From positions 67,804-131,803 of the forward strand of contig JAYRRP010000004.1 in the NCBI GenBank assembly GCA_041910055.1: a stretch of DNA of 64,000 bases. Direction: 5' to 3'. The DNA is from Candidatus Saccharimonadales bacterium. GTDB taxonomy: Bacteria; Patescibacteriota; Saccharimonadia; Saccharimonadales; JAYRRP01. Positions 32,478 through 40,946 of this stretch are shown here, piece by piece (position 1 is the first letter of the stretch; each line of letters begins with the position of its first letter). A model generated the notes under the pieces. The model saw nothing but the letters and a program-made list of their open reading frames with translations. It did no database searches and was not told where the DNA came from. The translations under genes were made by a program, and so were the position numbers.

Positions 32478-32864
32478 ATGGCAAGAATTTCTGGTGTAAC
32501 TATTCCGTCAGAAAAACAGGTGCAGATCGCACTGACCTATATTTATGGCATTGGCAATAAAACTAGTGGCCAAATTCTAGACATTGCCAAAGTGGATCCT
32601 ACAGTCCGCGTAAAAAACCTGACTGATGCTGAGATTTCCCGTATTCAAGATGCGATCAATGATAAGTACCTAGTTGAAGGTGAATTGCAGCGAGTTGTTA
32701 CCACGAACATTAAGCGTTTGAAAGATATTAATGCATATCGCGGTTTACGTCATAAGGCTGGCCTCCCCTCGCGAGGACAACGCACCCGAACTAATGCTCG
32801 TACACGACGTGGCAAGAAGATGACTGTCGGTGGTACCGCCAAGAAGGCACCTTCCAAGACATAA
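32478..32864 (+). CDS. rpsM: 30S ribosomal protein S13
   Basis: 128 aa; 'MARISGV.IP..K.V.IALTYIYGIG'. Confidence 0.95.
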   Translation: MARISGVTIPSEKQVQIALTYIYGIGNKTSGQILDIAKVDPTVRVKNLTDAEISRIQDAINDKYLVEGELQRVVTTNIKRLKDINAYRGLRHKAGLPSRGQRTRTNARTRRGKKMTVGGTAKKAPSKT

Positions 32865-32879
32865 GGGAACAAGAGAATT

Positions 32880-33290
32880 ATGGCTGAGACGAAACCAACT
32901 ACTACGAAAACAACTTCCAAGAAGAAACGAGCAAAACGACCAGTGCCGCATGGCCAAATGCATATTCTGGCCACCTTTAACAACACTATTGTGACTTTCA
33001 CCGACCAAAAAGGTGAAGCCTTAGCGGCAGCAAGTGCTGGCGGCAGTGGATTTCGTGGTTCAAAGAAGGGTACTGCGTATGCTGCCCAGGTTGCTACTGA
33101 GAAAGCTGCTCAAACTGCGAAGCAGAATCACGGAGTGAGCAAGGTTGACGTTTATATCCGTGGGATTGGGCTTGGCCGTGAAGCAGCTGTTCGAACGCTG
33201 CAAAATATAGATATTCAGGTTGAGAGCATTCGGGACGTAACTGGTGTTCCCCACGGTGGTGTCCGACCACGAAAAGCGAGGAGAGCATAG
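32880..33290 (+). CDS. rpsK: 30S ribosomal protein S11
   Basis: 136 aa; conserved S11 blocks. Confidence 0.95.
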   Translation: MAETKPTTTKTTSKKKRAKRPVPHGQMHILATFNNTIVTFTDQKGEALAAASAGGSGFRGSKKGTAYAAQVATEKAAQTAKQNHGVSKVDVYIRGIGLGREAAVRTLQNIDIQVESIRDVTGVPHGGVRPRKARRA

Positions 33291-33291
33291 A

Positions 33292-33915
33292 ATGGCCCGT
33301 GATACGCAATCTATTGTCAAAATGAGCCGGAGAGAAGGGTACGCTCTTCATCCGAAAGCACATAAGGTGCTTATCAAACGAAGTGGACCCCCTGGTCAAC
33401 AAAGTGGGGGACGTCCGCAGCGTACTAAGAATACACAGTACGGATTACAGTTACGCGAGAAACAAAAGGTAAAACGTTTGTATGGTTTGCTTGAAAGACA
33501 GTTCCGCAAACTAATGCAGGAGGCCATGCGCGGTAAAGGTGAGAGTGGACCTCAGTTACTGGAATATCTCGAGCGGAGACTTGACAATGTCGTTTATCGC
33601 AGCGGACTGGCAACCAGCCGGCGCAGTGCACGACAACTCGTCACTCATGGACATTTTCTATTGAATGGACGACGGGTCGACATTCCTTCTATTCGAGTAC
33701 AGGCCAAAGACACCATTACTTTAAGACCAAAAAGTCAAAAGAACGACTATTTTGCCCGCATTGATGACAATAGCCCAATAAGTCCTGACCAAATTCCTGA
33801 GTGGCTGAAAGTTAATCGCAAGAAGTTTGAAATTTCAGTTGTTGGCTTACCTTCGCGAGAAGATGTCGAGCCTGATATAAAAGAACAGTTAATAGTTGAG
33901 TACTATTCACGCTAA
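33292..33915 (+). CDS. rpsD: 30S ribosomal protein S4
   Basis: ATG at 33292 right after the rpsK stop gives 'MARDTQSIVK...'; S4 domain 'RRLDNVVYRSGLA.SR..ARQLV.HGH'. Confidence 0.9.
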   Translation: MARDTQSIVKMSRREGYALHPKAHKVLIKRSGPPGQQSGGRPQRTKNTQYGLQLREKQKVKRLYGLLERQFRKLMQEAMRGKGESGPQLLEYLERRLDNVVYRSGLATSRRSARQLVTHGHFLLNGRRVDIPSIRVQAKDTITLRPKSQKNDYFARIDDNSPISPDQIPEWLKVNRKKFEISVVGLPSREDVEPDIKEQLIVEYYSR

Positions 33916-33932
33916 GGGAGGTTAGAAGCTAT

Positions 33933-34877
33933 ATGTCAAAATTAATCCATACACCGAGTCTCGCTCACATTGACGACCACGGCCAGAACTCAGCCACATT
34001 CCGGGTTGAACCACTTCTTACTGGCTATGGCATGACCCTTGGTAACTCATTGCGGCGAGTACTGCTTTCAAGTATTGCTGGTGCCGCTATTACCTCTTTC
34101 AAAATTGAAGGAGCTACCCATGAATTTACAACCATACCTGGTGTCAAAGAAGATGTGGTTGATATCATGATGAACCTTAAAGGTGTTCGTTTCCGTTTGT
34201 TTAGTGATGAGCCACAACGACTACGAATTACTAAAACAGGCAAAGGTGCAATCACAGCCAAAGATATTGCGTTGAACGCTGATGTAGAAGTCGTCAACCC
34301 TAAACATGTGATTGCGACAGTTGATGGTGGCAGCACAAAGTTTGTTATGGACCTTGTAGTTGAAAAGGGCCGTGGTTACCGCACTATAGAAGAAACGACC
34401 CACCACAAAGCAAGTGATATGATTGCGCTTGATGCAATATTCAGTCCTGTCTTGCGGGTGCGCTACAAAATTGAGAATACCCGTGTTGGTCAAATGACTG
34501 ATTTGGACCGTCTGCTTATTACCATCGAAACAGATGGCTCTATCACCCCCAGGGATGCATTCGAAGAAGCAGCTGCTATTTTAGTAAACCAATATACTGC
34601 CCTGGCTGGTCAAACACGAGTCGAAAGTGGTTCACCAGTAGCTTCCAGTCTAGAATCTGATACAAACTCTGAGAATGCTGATGAACCAACAGAGCTAATG
34701 ACCCCAATTGAAGACCTTAACCTCTCTGCTCGGACTACCAATGCTCTAGTAAATAACGAAATTCACACCATTAAGGATTTATTTAGCCTAAGCGATGCTG
34801 AGCTGAGGGATCTTAAGGGTTTCGGCAGCAAAGCCCTTAATGAAGTAAAAGATAAGTTGGCAGAACTGGAATTATAA
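33933..34877 (+). CDS. rpoA: DNA-directed RNA polymerase subunit alpha
   Basis: 314 aa; NTD dimerisation blocks and a CTD helix-hairpin-helix ('LSARTTNAL'). Confidence 0.95.
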   Translation: MSKLIHTPSLAHIDDHGQNSATFRVEPLLTGYGMTLGNSLRRVLLSSIAGAAITSFKIEGATHEFTTIPGVKEDVVDIMMNLKGVRFRLFSDEPQRLRITKTGKGAITAKDIALNADVEVVNPKHVIATVDGGSTKFVMDLVVEKGRGYRTIEETTHHKASDMIALDAIFSPVLRVRYKIENTRVGQMTDLDRLLITIETDGSITPRDAFEEAAAILVNQYTALAGQTRVESGSPVASSLESDTNSENADEPTELMTPIEDLNLSARTTNALVNNEIHTIKDLFSLSDAELRDLKGFGSKALNEVKDKLAELEL

Positions 34878-34879
34878 CA

Positions 34880-35344
34880 ATGCATCGGCACGGATATAAA
34901 GGAAGAAAATTCGGTCGCGAGCGTGACCAGCGTCAAGCCTTACTAAAAGGTTTGGCTGGGGCGTTAATTGAGCACGAATCAATTGAAACTACCTTGCCGA
35001 AAGCCAAAGAATTAGTTCCTTATGTTGAACGCCTTATCACCAAGGCAAAAGTTGGAGATTTACATAACCGGCGACAAATTATTGCGGCCTTACAGCCTGC
35101 CGCAAATGCTCATAAACTCGTTGATGAGATTGCTCCAAAGCTTAAAAACCGTCAAAGTGGTCATTTGCGGATTCAAAAAACAGACTCACGCCGGGGTGAC
35201 AATACATTAATGGCAAAGGTAAGCTTCGTGGACGACCTAAAAAAGGCTTCAGAAAGCAAAGCAATAAAGACTGAGAGAAATACTGTTATCAAACCAACCG
35301 CTCCTGCTACTGCGACGAAAGCAAAACCGGAGAAGAAACAGTGA
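34880..35344 (+). CDS. rplQ: 50S ribosomal protein L17
   Basis: 154 aa; 'HR.GYKGRKFGRERDQRQALL..L' block. Confidence 0.9.
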   Translation: MHRHGYKGRKFGRERDQRQALLKGLAGALIEHESIETTLPKAKELVPYVERLITKAKVGDLHNRRQIIAALQPAANAHKLVDEIAPKLKNRQSGHLRIQKTDSRRGDNTLMAKVSFVDDLKKASESKAIKTERNTVIKPTAPATATKAKPEKKQ

Positions 35345-35775
35345 AAACATTCAGTGCGAAACCTCGCGATATTACCCGAGCATGGTATGTGCTTGATGCA
35401 ACTGAGCTGCCACTAGGCCGTTTAGCTACCAAAGTTGCTGCATTGCTAAGTGGCAAGACAAAACCATCATTTACACCACACATTGATGGAGGTGACTATG
35501 TAGTTGTCATTAACGCCGCCAACCTAGTAGTGACCGGAAAAAAATCTCAACAAAAACAATATTACCGTCATTCCCAGTACCCAGGCGGCCTGAAACAGGC
35601 CAGCCTTAGCCAGCAGTTAGAAAAAGATCCGACAAGGATTATTATCAAGGCCGTTCGGGGAATGTTGCCTGCTAATAAATTACGTGACGCTCGGTTAGCA
35701 CGGCTCAAAGTATATGCAGATGCAGCTCACCCTCACGATCCGCAGAAACCAATAAAAGTATCACTGAAGAGTTAG
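35341..35775 (+). CDS. rplM: 50S ribosomal protein L13
   Basis: 144 aa; conserved L13 N-terminus 'W.V.DA....LGRLA..VA..L.GK'. Confidence 0.95.
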   Translation: MKTFSAKPRDITRAWYVLDATELPLGRLATKVAALLSGKTKPSFTPHIDGGDYVVVINAANLVVTGKKSQQKQYYRHSQYPGGLKQASLSQQLEKDPTRIIIKAVRGMLPANKLRDARLARLKVYADAAHPHDPQKPIKVSLKS

Positions 35776-35784
35776 AAGGAAATT

Positions 35785-36186
35785 ATGCCCAAAAACACTC
35801 ATTACTATTATGCTCTCGGCCGAAGAAAAAGTGCGACCGCCCGCATTCGTTTACAAGCAGGTAAAGGGGCACTGGTGATTAATGGCAAGCCAGCAACCGA
35901 ATATGTTGCAGATAGTAAATATTTACTGCAGAAGCTTGAACAACCATTTACCGCGGTAGAACTTAATAATAAGTATGATATTTCTGTCGTAGTAAGTGGT
36001 GGTGGACTCAATGGACAGGTCGAAGCTATTCAACTTGGCATTGCCAAGGCATTAGCTATTATGAATGAAGATCTCAAGTCTACCTTGAAGCGGGCTGATC
36101 TGCTTGGACGTGACCCCCGTGAAAAAGAACGCAAGAAGTTCGGTCTTAAGGGCGCCCGTAAGAAACGCCAGTATACCAAGCGTTAA
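35785..36186 (+). CDS. rpsI: 30S ribosomal protein S9
   Basis: 133 aa; 'GRRK.A.ARIRL' and C-terminal 'KFGLKGARKKRQYTKR'. Confidence 0.95.
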   Translation: MPKNTHYYYALGRRKSATARIRLQAGKGALVINGKPATEYVADSKYLLQKLEQPFTAVELNNKYDISVVVSGGGLNGQVEAIQLGIAKALAIMNEDLKSTLKRADLLGRDPREKERKKFGLKGARKKRQYTKR

Positions 36187-36327
36187 TAGTCGAGCTGCCT
36201 AAAATAATTTGACACAAATCATTAGTGGCAGTATTGTAAGGTGCACTATGTCATTACACTTTTCAGTTTTTTATTGGTTTTCCGCATATAAGTGGCGGTA
36301 ATTCCAGTATTGGATACAAAAAGTATA

Positions 36328-36350
36328 ACCGCCAATCAGGCGGTTTTTTA
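36328..36350 (+). terminator. intrinsic terminator-like hairpin in the trpS leader; possible attenuator with an upstream competing GGCGGT copy at 36294-36299
   Basis: AACCGCC-aatca-GGCGGTT followed by a T-run, located 14 nt upstream of a strong SD (AAGGAGAG). An identical upstream GGCGGT could pair with ACCGCC as an alternative structure. Confidence 0.4.
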
Positions 36351-36363
36351 TAAGGAGAGAAGA

Positions 36364-36531
36364 ATGAAGAATAAAGAGGTTCTTGGCCTACTGCGAGAGA
36401 ATAAGGTATTAATCGCCCCCGAGGACGATCGGTCACCAATAGAAATTGCGGTTAGTCTTGGATTAGTAGCAACACAAAACGAAGTTGAGATTCCTGAGCA
36501 ACCCTCAGGTATAATAGAAACAAATGGGTAA
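36364..36531 (+). CDS. hypothetical small protein (56 aa) overlapping trpS start
   Basis: ATG preceded by AAGGAGAG SD; the ORF-track version (36292, GTG) would run through the terminator hairpin and is less likely; overlaps trpS by 8 nt. Confidence 0.3.
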   Translation: MKNKEVLGLLRENKVLIAPEDDRSPIEIAVSLGLVATQNEVEIPEQPSGIIETNG

Positions 36532-37552
36532 GCCAGTAATTCTCACCGGTTTGAGGACCAATAATGATTTACACTTGGGTAATTATCTTGGTGCATTGCT
36601 GCCTATGGTTAAACTACAACGTCAATATGCAAGTGAGTATCAAATCAATATGTTTGCACCAGACCTGCACAGCTTCACTACACCTGTAGACCATACGCGT
36701 TTGTATGCACAGACGATGAAAGGCATCAAAATGTATGTGGCGGCAGGCTTGAATCTTCAAGACCAGAATACTTATTTATACCGGCAAAGTTTTATCCCGG
36801 CTCACTCCGAACTCACTGTGATCCTTAATAACTTTACCTATATGGGTGAACTATCTCGAATGACTCAATACAAAGAAAAGGGCGCACAGCAACAAAACGT
36901 TTCCGCTGGGCTTTTTGATTATCCCGTCCTGATGGCGGCCGATATCCTGCTGTATGGCGCAATTTATGTACCCGTGGGCGATGACCAATCGCAACACGTT
37001 GAACTGGCCCGCGATATAGCCCAGAGGATGAACAATAAGTTTAACCAGGGGCTGTTTATTCTGCCTGCCGATGAAAAAAAACAAATAGCCTTTACCAACC
37101 AACACGAACGACTTCGTATACGTGATTTAATGGACCCTACCAAAAAGATGAGCAAGTCTGACGCCAGCGGCAAGGGTGTAATTTTTCTTAACGAAGACCC
37201 GGAGACAGCTGCTAAAAAGATTATGTCAGCAACAACCGATAATGTCGGCAACATTAGTCATGATATGACTAACCAGCCTGGTATCAGCAATTTGCTGCAG
37301 CTTCTAGCCTCACTCACTCATGTGTCGCTCAGTGAAGTAACAAAAAAATATGAGGGCCAAAGCAGTTATGCAGATCTCAAAGCAGACCTATCCCAAGTAG
37401 TAAAATCATTCCTCACTGATTTCCAAAAGAAGTTTGCCTCCATAGATGAACTAGCTTTACAGGCAAAATTAGCCTCATCCGAGGCAGCGATGAATGAAAT
37501 GGCAACTAAAACTTTGCAGACAGTACAGCGTGCAGTTGGCCTGCGGCAATAA
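36524..37552 (+). CDS. trpS: tryptophan--tRNA ligase
   Basis: 342 aa; class I HIGH-region variant 'NDLHLGNYLGAL' and 'KMSKS' present. Confidence 0.9.
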   Translation: MGKPVILTGLRTNNDLHLGNYLGALLPMVKLQRQYASEYQINMFAPDLHSFTTPVDHTRLYAQTMKGIKMYVAAGLNLQDQNTYLYRQSFIPAHSELTVILNNFTYMGELSRMTQYKEKGAQQQNVSAGLFDYPVLMAADILLYGAIYVPVGDDQSQHVELARDIAQRMNNKFNQGLFILPADEKKQIAFTNQHERLRIRDLMDPTKKMSKSDASGKGVIFLNEDPETAAKKIMSATTDNVGNISHDMTNQPGISNLLQLLASLTHVSLSEVTKKYEGQSSYADLKADLSQVVKSFLTDFQKKFASIDELALQAKLASSEAAMNEMATKTLQTVQRAVGLRQ

Positions 37553-37557
37553 TTAGC

Positions 37558-38418
37558 ATGCCTGAATATACAGTAACGGATGAGGACAAAAATACACGGG
37601 CTGATATATTTCTAGCCAAGAGTATAGACTTTTTAAACCGGTCAAATCTCAAAAAATTATTCGATCAGGATAAAGTAAAGATCCAATCAGCTCCAATTAG
37701 AGCCGGTTACCAATTGAAACCCGGCGAGATTATCATTGTCGAATTACCACAAGATCCTCATCCAGAAGGACAGCTTCCCGTTATTTACACCGACGATGAT
37801 TGCGTCGTTTTTAATAAACCAGCCGGAGTTCTCTCTCATAGCAAGGGAGCTTTTCTTGAGGAAGCAACCGTCGCCACTTATCTCAAGCCATGGCTCCATG
37901 GTCTGGAAGGTAATCGCGCGGGTATTGTCCATCGGTTAGACAGGGGGACTTCCGGGGTAATGATTTGCGGCCGCACACCTGAAGCCTGCAAAGCCCTGCA
38001 ACGACAATTTTCCCAGCGTAAAGTCGTAAAGCAGTATTATGCGATTACTCAAGGAGTGCCCGAGCCACAAGAGGCAGTGGTTGATATGCCGATTGCGCGC
38101 AATCCCCAGCGGCCACAGACGTTTATAACCCAGTCAAATGGAAAAGCAGCTTCAACATATTACAAGGTAGTTGACTCTCGTGGAGATAAAGCCTTGGTAC
38201 TTTTGCAGCCAAAAACCGGCCGGACACACCAACTCAGAGTCCATTTATCTAAAATTGGCACACCGATTGTGGGTGACACGCTTTATGGTGGTTCACCAGC
38301 AGAACGGCTTTTTCTTCACGCCACTTCACTCGAAATCACCTTGCCCAATAAACAAAGGCGTAGCTTTACGGCACCGCTTCCAAAAGAATTTAAGAAAGTT
38401 TTGGGCGTAGCTTTATGA
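37558..38418 (+). CDS. RluA-family 23S rRNA pseudouridine synthase (RluD-like, N-terminal S4 domain)
   Basis: 286 aa; catalytic 'HRLDRGTSGVMIC' motif, S4-like N-terminus. Confidence 0.85.
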   Translation: MPEYTVTDEDKNTRADIFLAKSIDFLNRSNLKKLFDQDKVKIQSAPIRAGYQLKPGEIIIVELPQDPHPEGQLPVIYTDDDCVVFNKPAGVLSHSKGAFLEEATVATYLKPWLHGLEGNRAGIVHRLDRGTSGVMICGRTPEACKALQRQFSQRKVVKQYYAITQGVPEPQEAVVDMPIARNPQRPQTFITQSNGKAASTYYKVVDSRGDKALVLLQPKTGRTHQLRVHLSKIGTPIVGDTLYGGSPAERLFLHATSLEITLPNKQRRSFTAPLPKEFKKVLGVAL

Positions 38419-39284
38419 AATTGCTTCTGCACCCGGATACTAATAAAAACCTGCATCATTTACTGGCCTACCCTCCGCATGCAGTATTGGTGGTCGCACC
38501 CAAGGGAGCAGGAAAGGCGACACTGGCCGAATATATAGCCAGTCAGCTCCTTAATGTAGCCCCCGATGAACTGTCTCGCTATCCGTATTATCAAGCCATA
38601 GGCAATGGCGAAGAACCAGTGACGATTGATGATATTCGCAAGCTGCACGCCCAAACCAGGCTCAAAACAACCGGGCAAACTGCAGTCCGCCGTCTGCTTG
38701 TTATTTTTGGAGCCGATAATATGACAAAAGAGGCACAAAGTGCCCTATTAAAATTGCTGGAAGAGCCACCAGCCGATACGGTATTACTCCTGACATGTGC
38801 GAGGCCAGCTAGCTTGCTTCCCACCATACGCTCGCGAACACAGGCATTTACCCTAAAACCGCCAACTATGAAAATAACAACAGAATACTTCCAGAGCCAG
38901 GGTTATAGCGATAAAGACATACAGGCTGCATATTTCTTAAGTGAAGGCGGGGTAGGGCTGATGACAGCGTTACTAGGCCATGAAGATGACCATCCGCTTG
39001 CTAAAGCAGTCCAAGAAGCAAAGCAGTTATTAAAGCAGGATAGATACAATAAGCTGTTAACAGTTGAAAAGCTAGTGAAAGACAAGGGGATTGACATAAC
39101 AGTTATACTGGATGCGCTCGGCCGGGTATGTCGGACATTGATGCACGAATCTGCTAAAAAGAATGACAAAATTTGGGCTCATCATTGGCAAAAACTACTC
39201 AAAGAGATAATGCAGGCCCAGACTTATATTAACGCCAATGTTTCGTCCAAATTAGTTATGGCAGACCTGGTACTTCATATGTAA
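38415..39284 (+). CDS. DNA polymerase III delta'-like clamp-loader subunit (AAA+), tentative
   Basis: 289 aa; 'HAVLVVAPKGAGKATLAEYIA' resembles the delta'/gamma P-loop block; ATGA overlap with upstream gene. Confidence 0.5.
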   Translation: MKLLLHPDTNKNLHHLLAYPPHAVLVVAPKGAGKATLAEYIASQLLNVAPDELSRYPYYQAIGNGEEPVTIDDIRKLHAQTRLKTTGQTAVRRLLVIFGADNMTKEAQSALLKLLEEPPADTVLLLTCARPASLLPTIRSRTQAFTLKPPTMKITTEYFQSQGYSDKDIQAAYFLSEGGVGLMTALLGHEDDHPLAKAVQEAKQLLKQDRYNKLLTVEKLVKDKGIDITVILDALGRVCRTLMHESAKKNDKIWAHHWQKLLKEIMQAQTYINANVSSKLVMADLVLHM

Positions 39285-39306
39285 GTTCTGCTATAATCGT
39301 GCGTAT

Positions 39307-39960
39307 ATGCTGGAGCTTTTAATGGTGTTGGGTTTCGGGGCGATTGCAGTTCATGGAGCCAGTGTCCGTGAAGAAGAACTCAGTGGCTTGCCTCGCCGTA
39401 TTAGTGATAAACTCGGCCGACTATGGGATATTGCCCACCAAGGAATGCGTGAGAATCGTTTCTTGCGAGCAGAAAAAGCACTACTAACTATCCTTAAAAT
39501 TGATCAAAAGAACGCCGCCGCCTATAACCGACTGGGAATTCTTTACGCTAAACAGAAGGAATACAAAGACGCTATAGATTGCTTTGAAATTGCCTCAAGT
39601 ATTGAGTCAACTCCTTCGAGCTTGCATAATCTCGGACTCATTTACTACGAAACAGAGAATTATGAAAAGGCTGCAGTGGCGTTTGAACGAGCCTTGTCAC
39701 TTGAGGATAATTTGGCCGCTCGGCACATTGCTTACGCGAAAGTACAAGAGAAGCTAGCCAACGATAAACTTACCCTGCAACACTTACAAAAGGCGGTCGA
39801 GCTGGAGCCTAATAACGAAACCTACGCATTATTGCATAAGGCATACGAGAGCCGCAACATGGAACTCGAAGCTGACCAAATACAGGAAAAACTCAAGAAA
39901 CTTGTTGTCCCGTCTGGCCGACCAAAGCGCGTACTGCGACCAAAACGAGTGGTTATTTAG
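39307..39960 (+). CDS. TPR-repeat protein
   Basis: 217 aa; repeated 34-aa helical units ('AYNRLGILYAKQKEYKDAIDCFEIA', 'LHNLGLIYYETENYEKAAVAFERAL'). Confidence 0.6.
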   Translation: MLELLMVLGFGAIAVHGASVREEELSGLPRRISDKLGRLWDIAHQGMRENRFLRAEKALLTILKIDQKNAAAYNRLGILYAKQKEYKDAIDCFEIASSIESTPSSLHNLGLIYYETENYEKAAVAFERALSLEDNLAARHIAYAKVQEKLANDKLTLQHLQKAVELEPNNETYALLHKAYESRNMELEADQIQEKLKKLVVPSGRPKRVLRPKRVVI

Positions 39961-40024
39961 TTGCTTCTATACAGTGTCACATTGCCTGGCCACCGGTGTT
40001 CTGGTATTATTGAGCAGTCCTTTT

Positions 40025-40100
40025 GCCGACGTAGCTCAGCTGGTAGAGCAGCTGTTTTGTAAACAGCGGGTCGCAGGTTCGAGCCCTGTCGTCGGCTCCA
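40025..40100 (+). tRNA. tRNA-Thr (anticodon TGT), CCA encoded
   Basis: Cloverleaf: acceptor GCCGACG/CGTCGGC, D-arm GCTC...GAGC, anticodon stem GCTGT/ACAGC with loop TTTGTAA, T-loop TTCGAGC. Confidence 0.85.
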
Positions 40101-40119
40101 GATTTTGTTCTGGCGTTTC

Positions 40120-40205
40120 GCAGGGATAGTGAAGCGGTCAAACACGGCAGACTGTAAATCTGCTGGCATTCGCCTTCGGGGGTTCGAATCCCTCTCCCTG
40201 CACCA
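40120..40205 (+). tRNA. tRNA-Tyr (anticodon GTA), class II long variable arm, CCA encoded
   Basis: Acceptor GCAGGGA/TCCCTGC, anticodon stem GCAGA/TCTGC with loop CTGTAAA, variable stem GGC/GCC, T-loop TTCGAAT. Confidence 0.8.
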
Positions 40206-40242
40206 AATCTGCAGATAATATAAATAGGCTATAATTTAATAC

Positions 40243-40548
40243 ATGAGTGATATTGCTTGGGAGGTCTCAACCAAAGATTCTTATCCTAAAATACCTACAG
40301 ATGAGGTTCCAGATGATTTACGAGAGGATTTATACTGGATCACTCCATGGATCCGTGAAGAATTTCCAGATAATCCTCGAAGGATTGACTGGCATCGTTA
40401 CGGAAGAGACGCTGATGGTGACCCAGTATATAGTCAATTAATACTTTATGATGGAAAAAATGTAGGATGGCAAGAGGGAAGAAAATTAGTTGATGAACAT
40501 CAGTTGGGCGTAGTTATTTTAAGAAGTTTTGGTATTGAAGCAGGCTAG
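40243..40548 (+). CDS. hypothetical protein embedded in the tRNA cluster
   Basis: 101-aa ORF, AT-richer than its surroundings; TATAAT 7 nt upstream of the ATG and no SD; occupies the slot between tRNA-Tyr and tRNA-Thr. Confidence 0.4.
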   Translation: MSDIAWEVSTKDSYPKIPTDEVPDDLREDLYWITPWIREEFPDNPRRIDWHRYGRDADGDPVYSQLILYDGKNVGWQEGRKLVDEHQLGVVILRSFGIEAG

Positions 40549-40613
40549 TTTGTCTGAGCTAAATTGATTCTTAATCAGGGTTATAATAGTATCTTATTAC
40601 AATGTATTAATAT

Positions 40614-40688
<75 letters not shown>

Positions 40689-40741
40689 GCGTTCAACAAC
40701 TATTTGAAACTATAAAGTTAATCTGTTAAAATATACCTAAC

Positions 40742-40945
40742 ATGGCCAAGAAAACCGATAAGCGTAAGATTGTGGGATTAGTGTGCGAAGAAAGCGGACA
40801 CCGGCATTACTACACGACCAAAAACACCATGAACACACCGGACAAATTACGCTTACGCAAATATAACCCACTACTTAGAAAATACACTTGGTACAGCGAA
40901 ACTAAGAAAAGCCTGGGACGCAACGAAGTAAAAGGCCGCAAGTAG
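40742..40945 (+). CDS. rpmG: 50S ribosomal protein L33
   Basis: 67 aa; 'KRKIVGLVCEESGHRHYYTTKN..NTPDKL.LRKYNP.LRK...Y.E.K'. Confidence 0.85.
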   Translation: MAKKTDKRKIVGLVCEESGHRHYYTTKNTMNTPDKLRLRKYNPLLRKYTWYSETKKSLGRNEVKGRK

Positions 40946-40946
40946 C

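Noticed and set aside
36292-36363. GTG-initiated 79-aa version of the small ORF upstream of trpS
   Set aside because: It would be translated straight through the intrinsic terminator hairpin; the SD-preceded ATG at 36364 is the more plausible start if the ORF is real at all.
39902-40169. ORFs 39902..40129 (+) and 39957..40169 (-)
   Set aside because: Both run through tRNA-Thr(TGT) and tRNA-Tyr(GTA); artefacts of GC-rich tRNA sequence.
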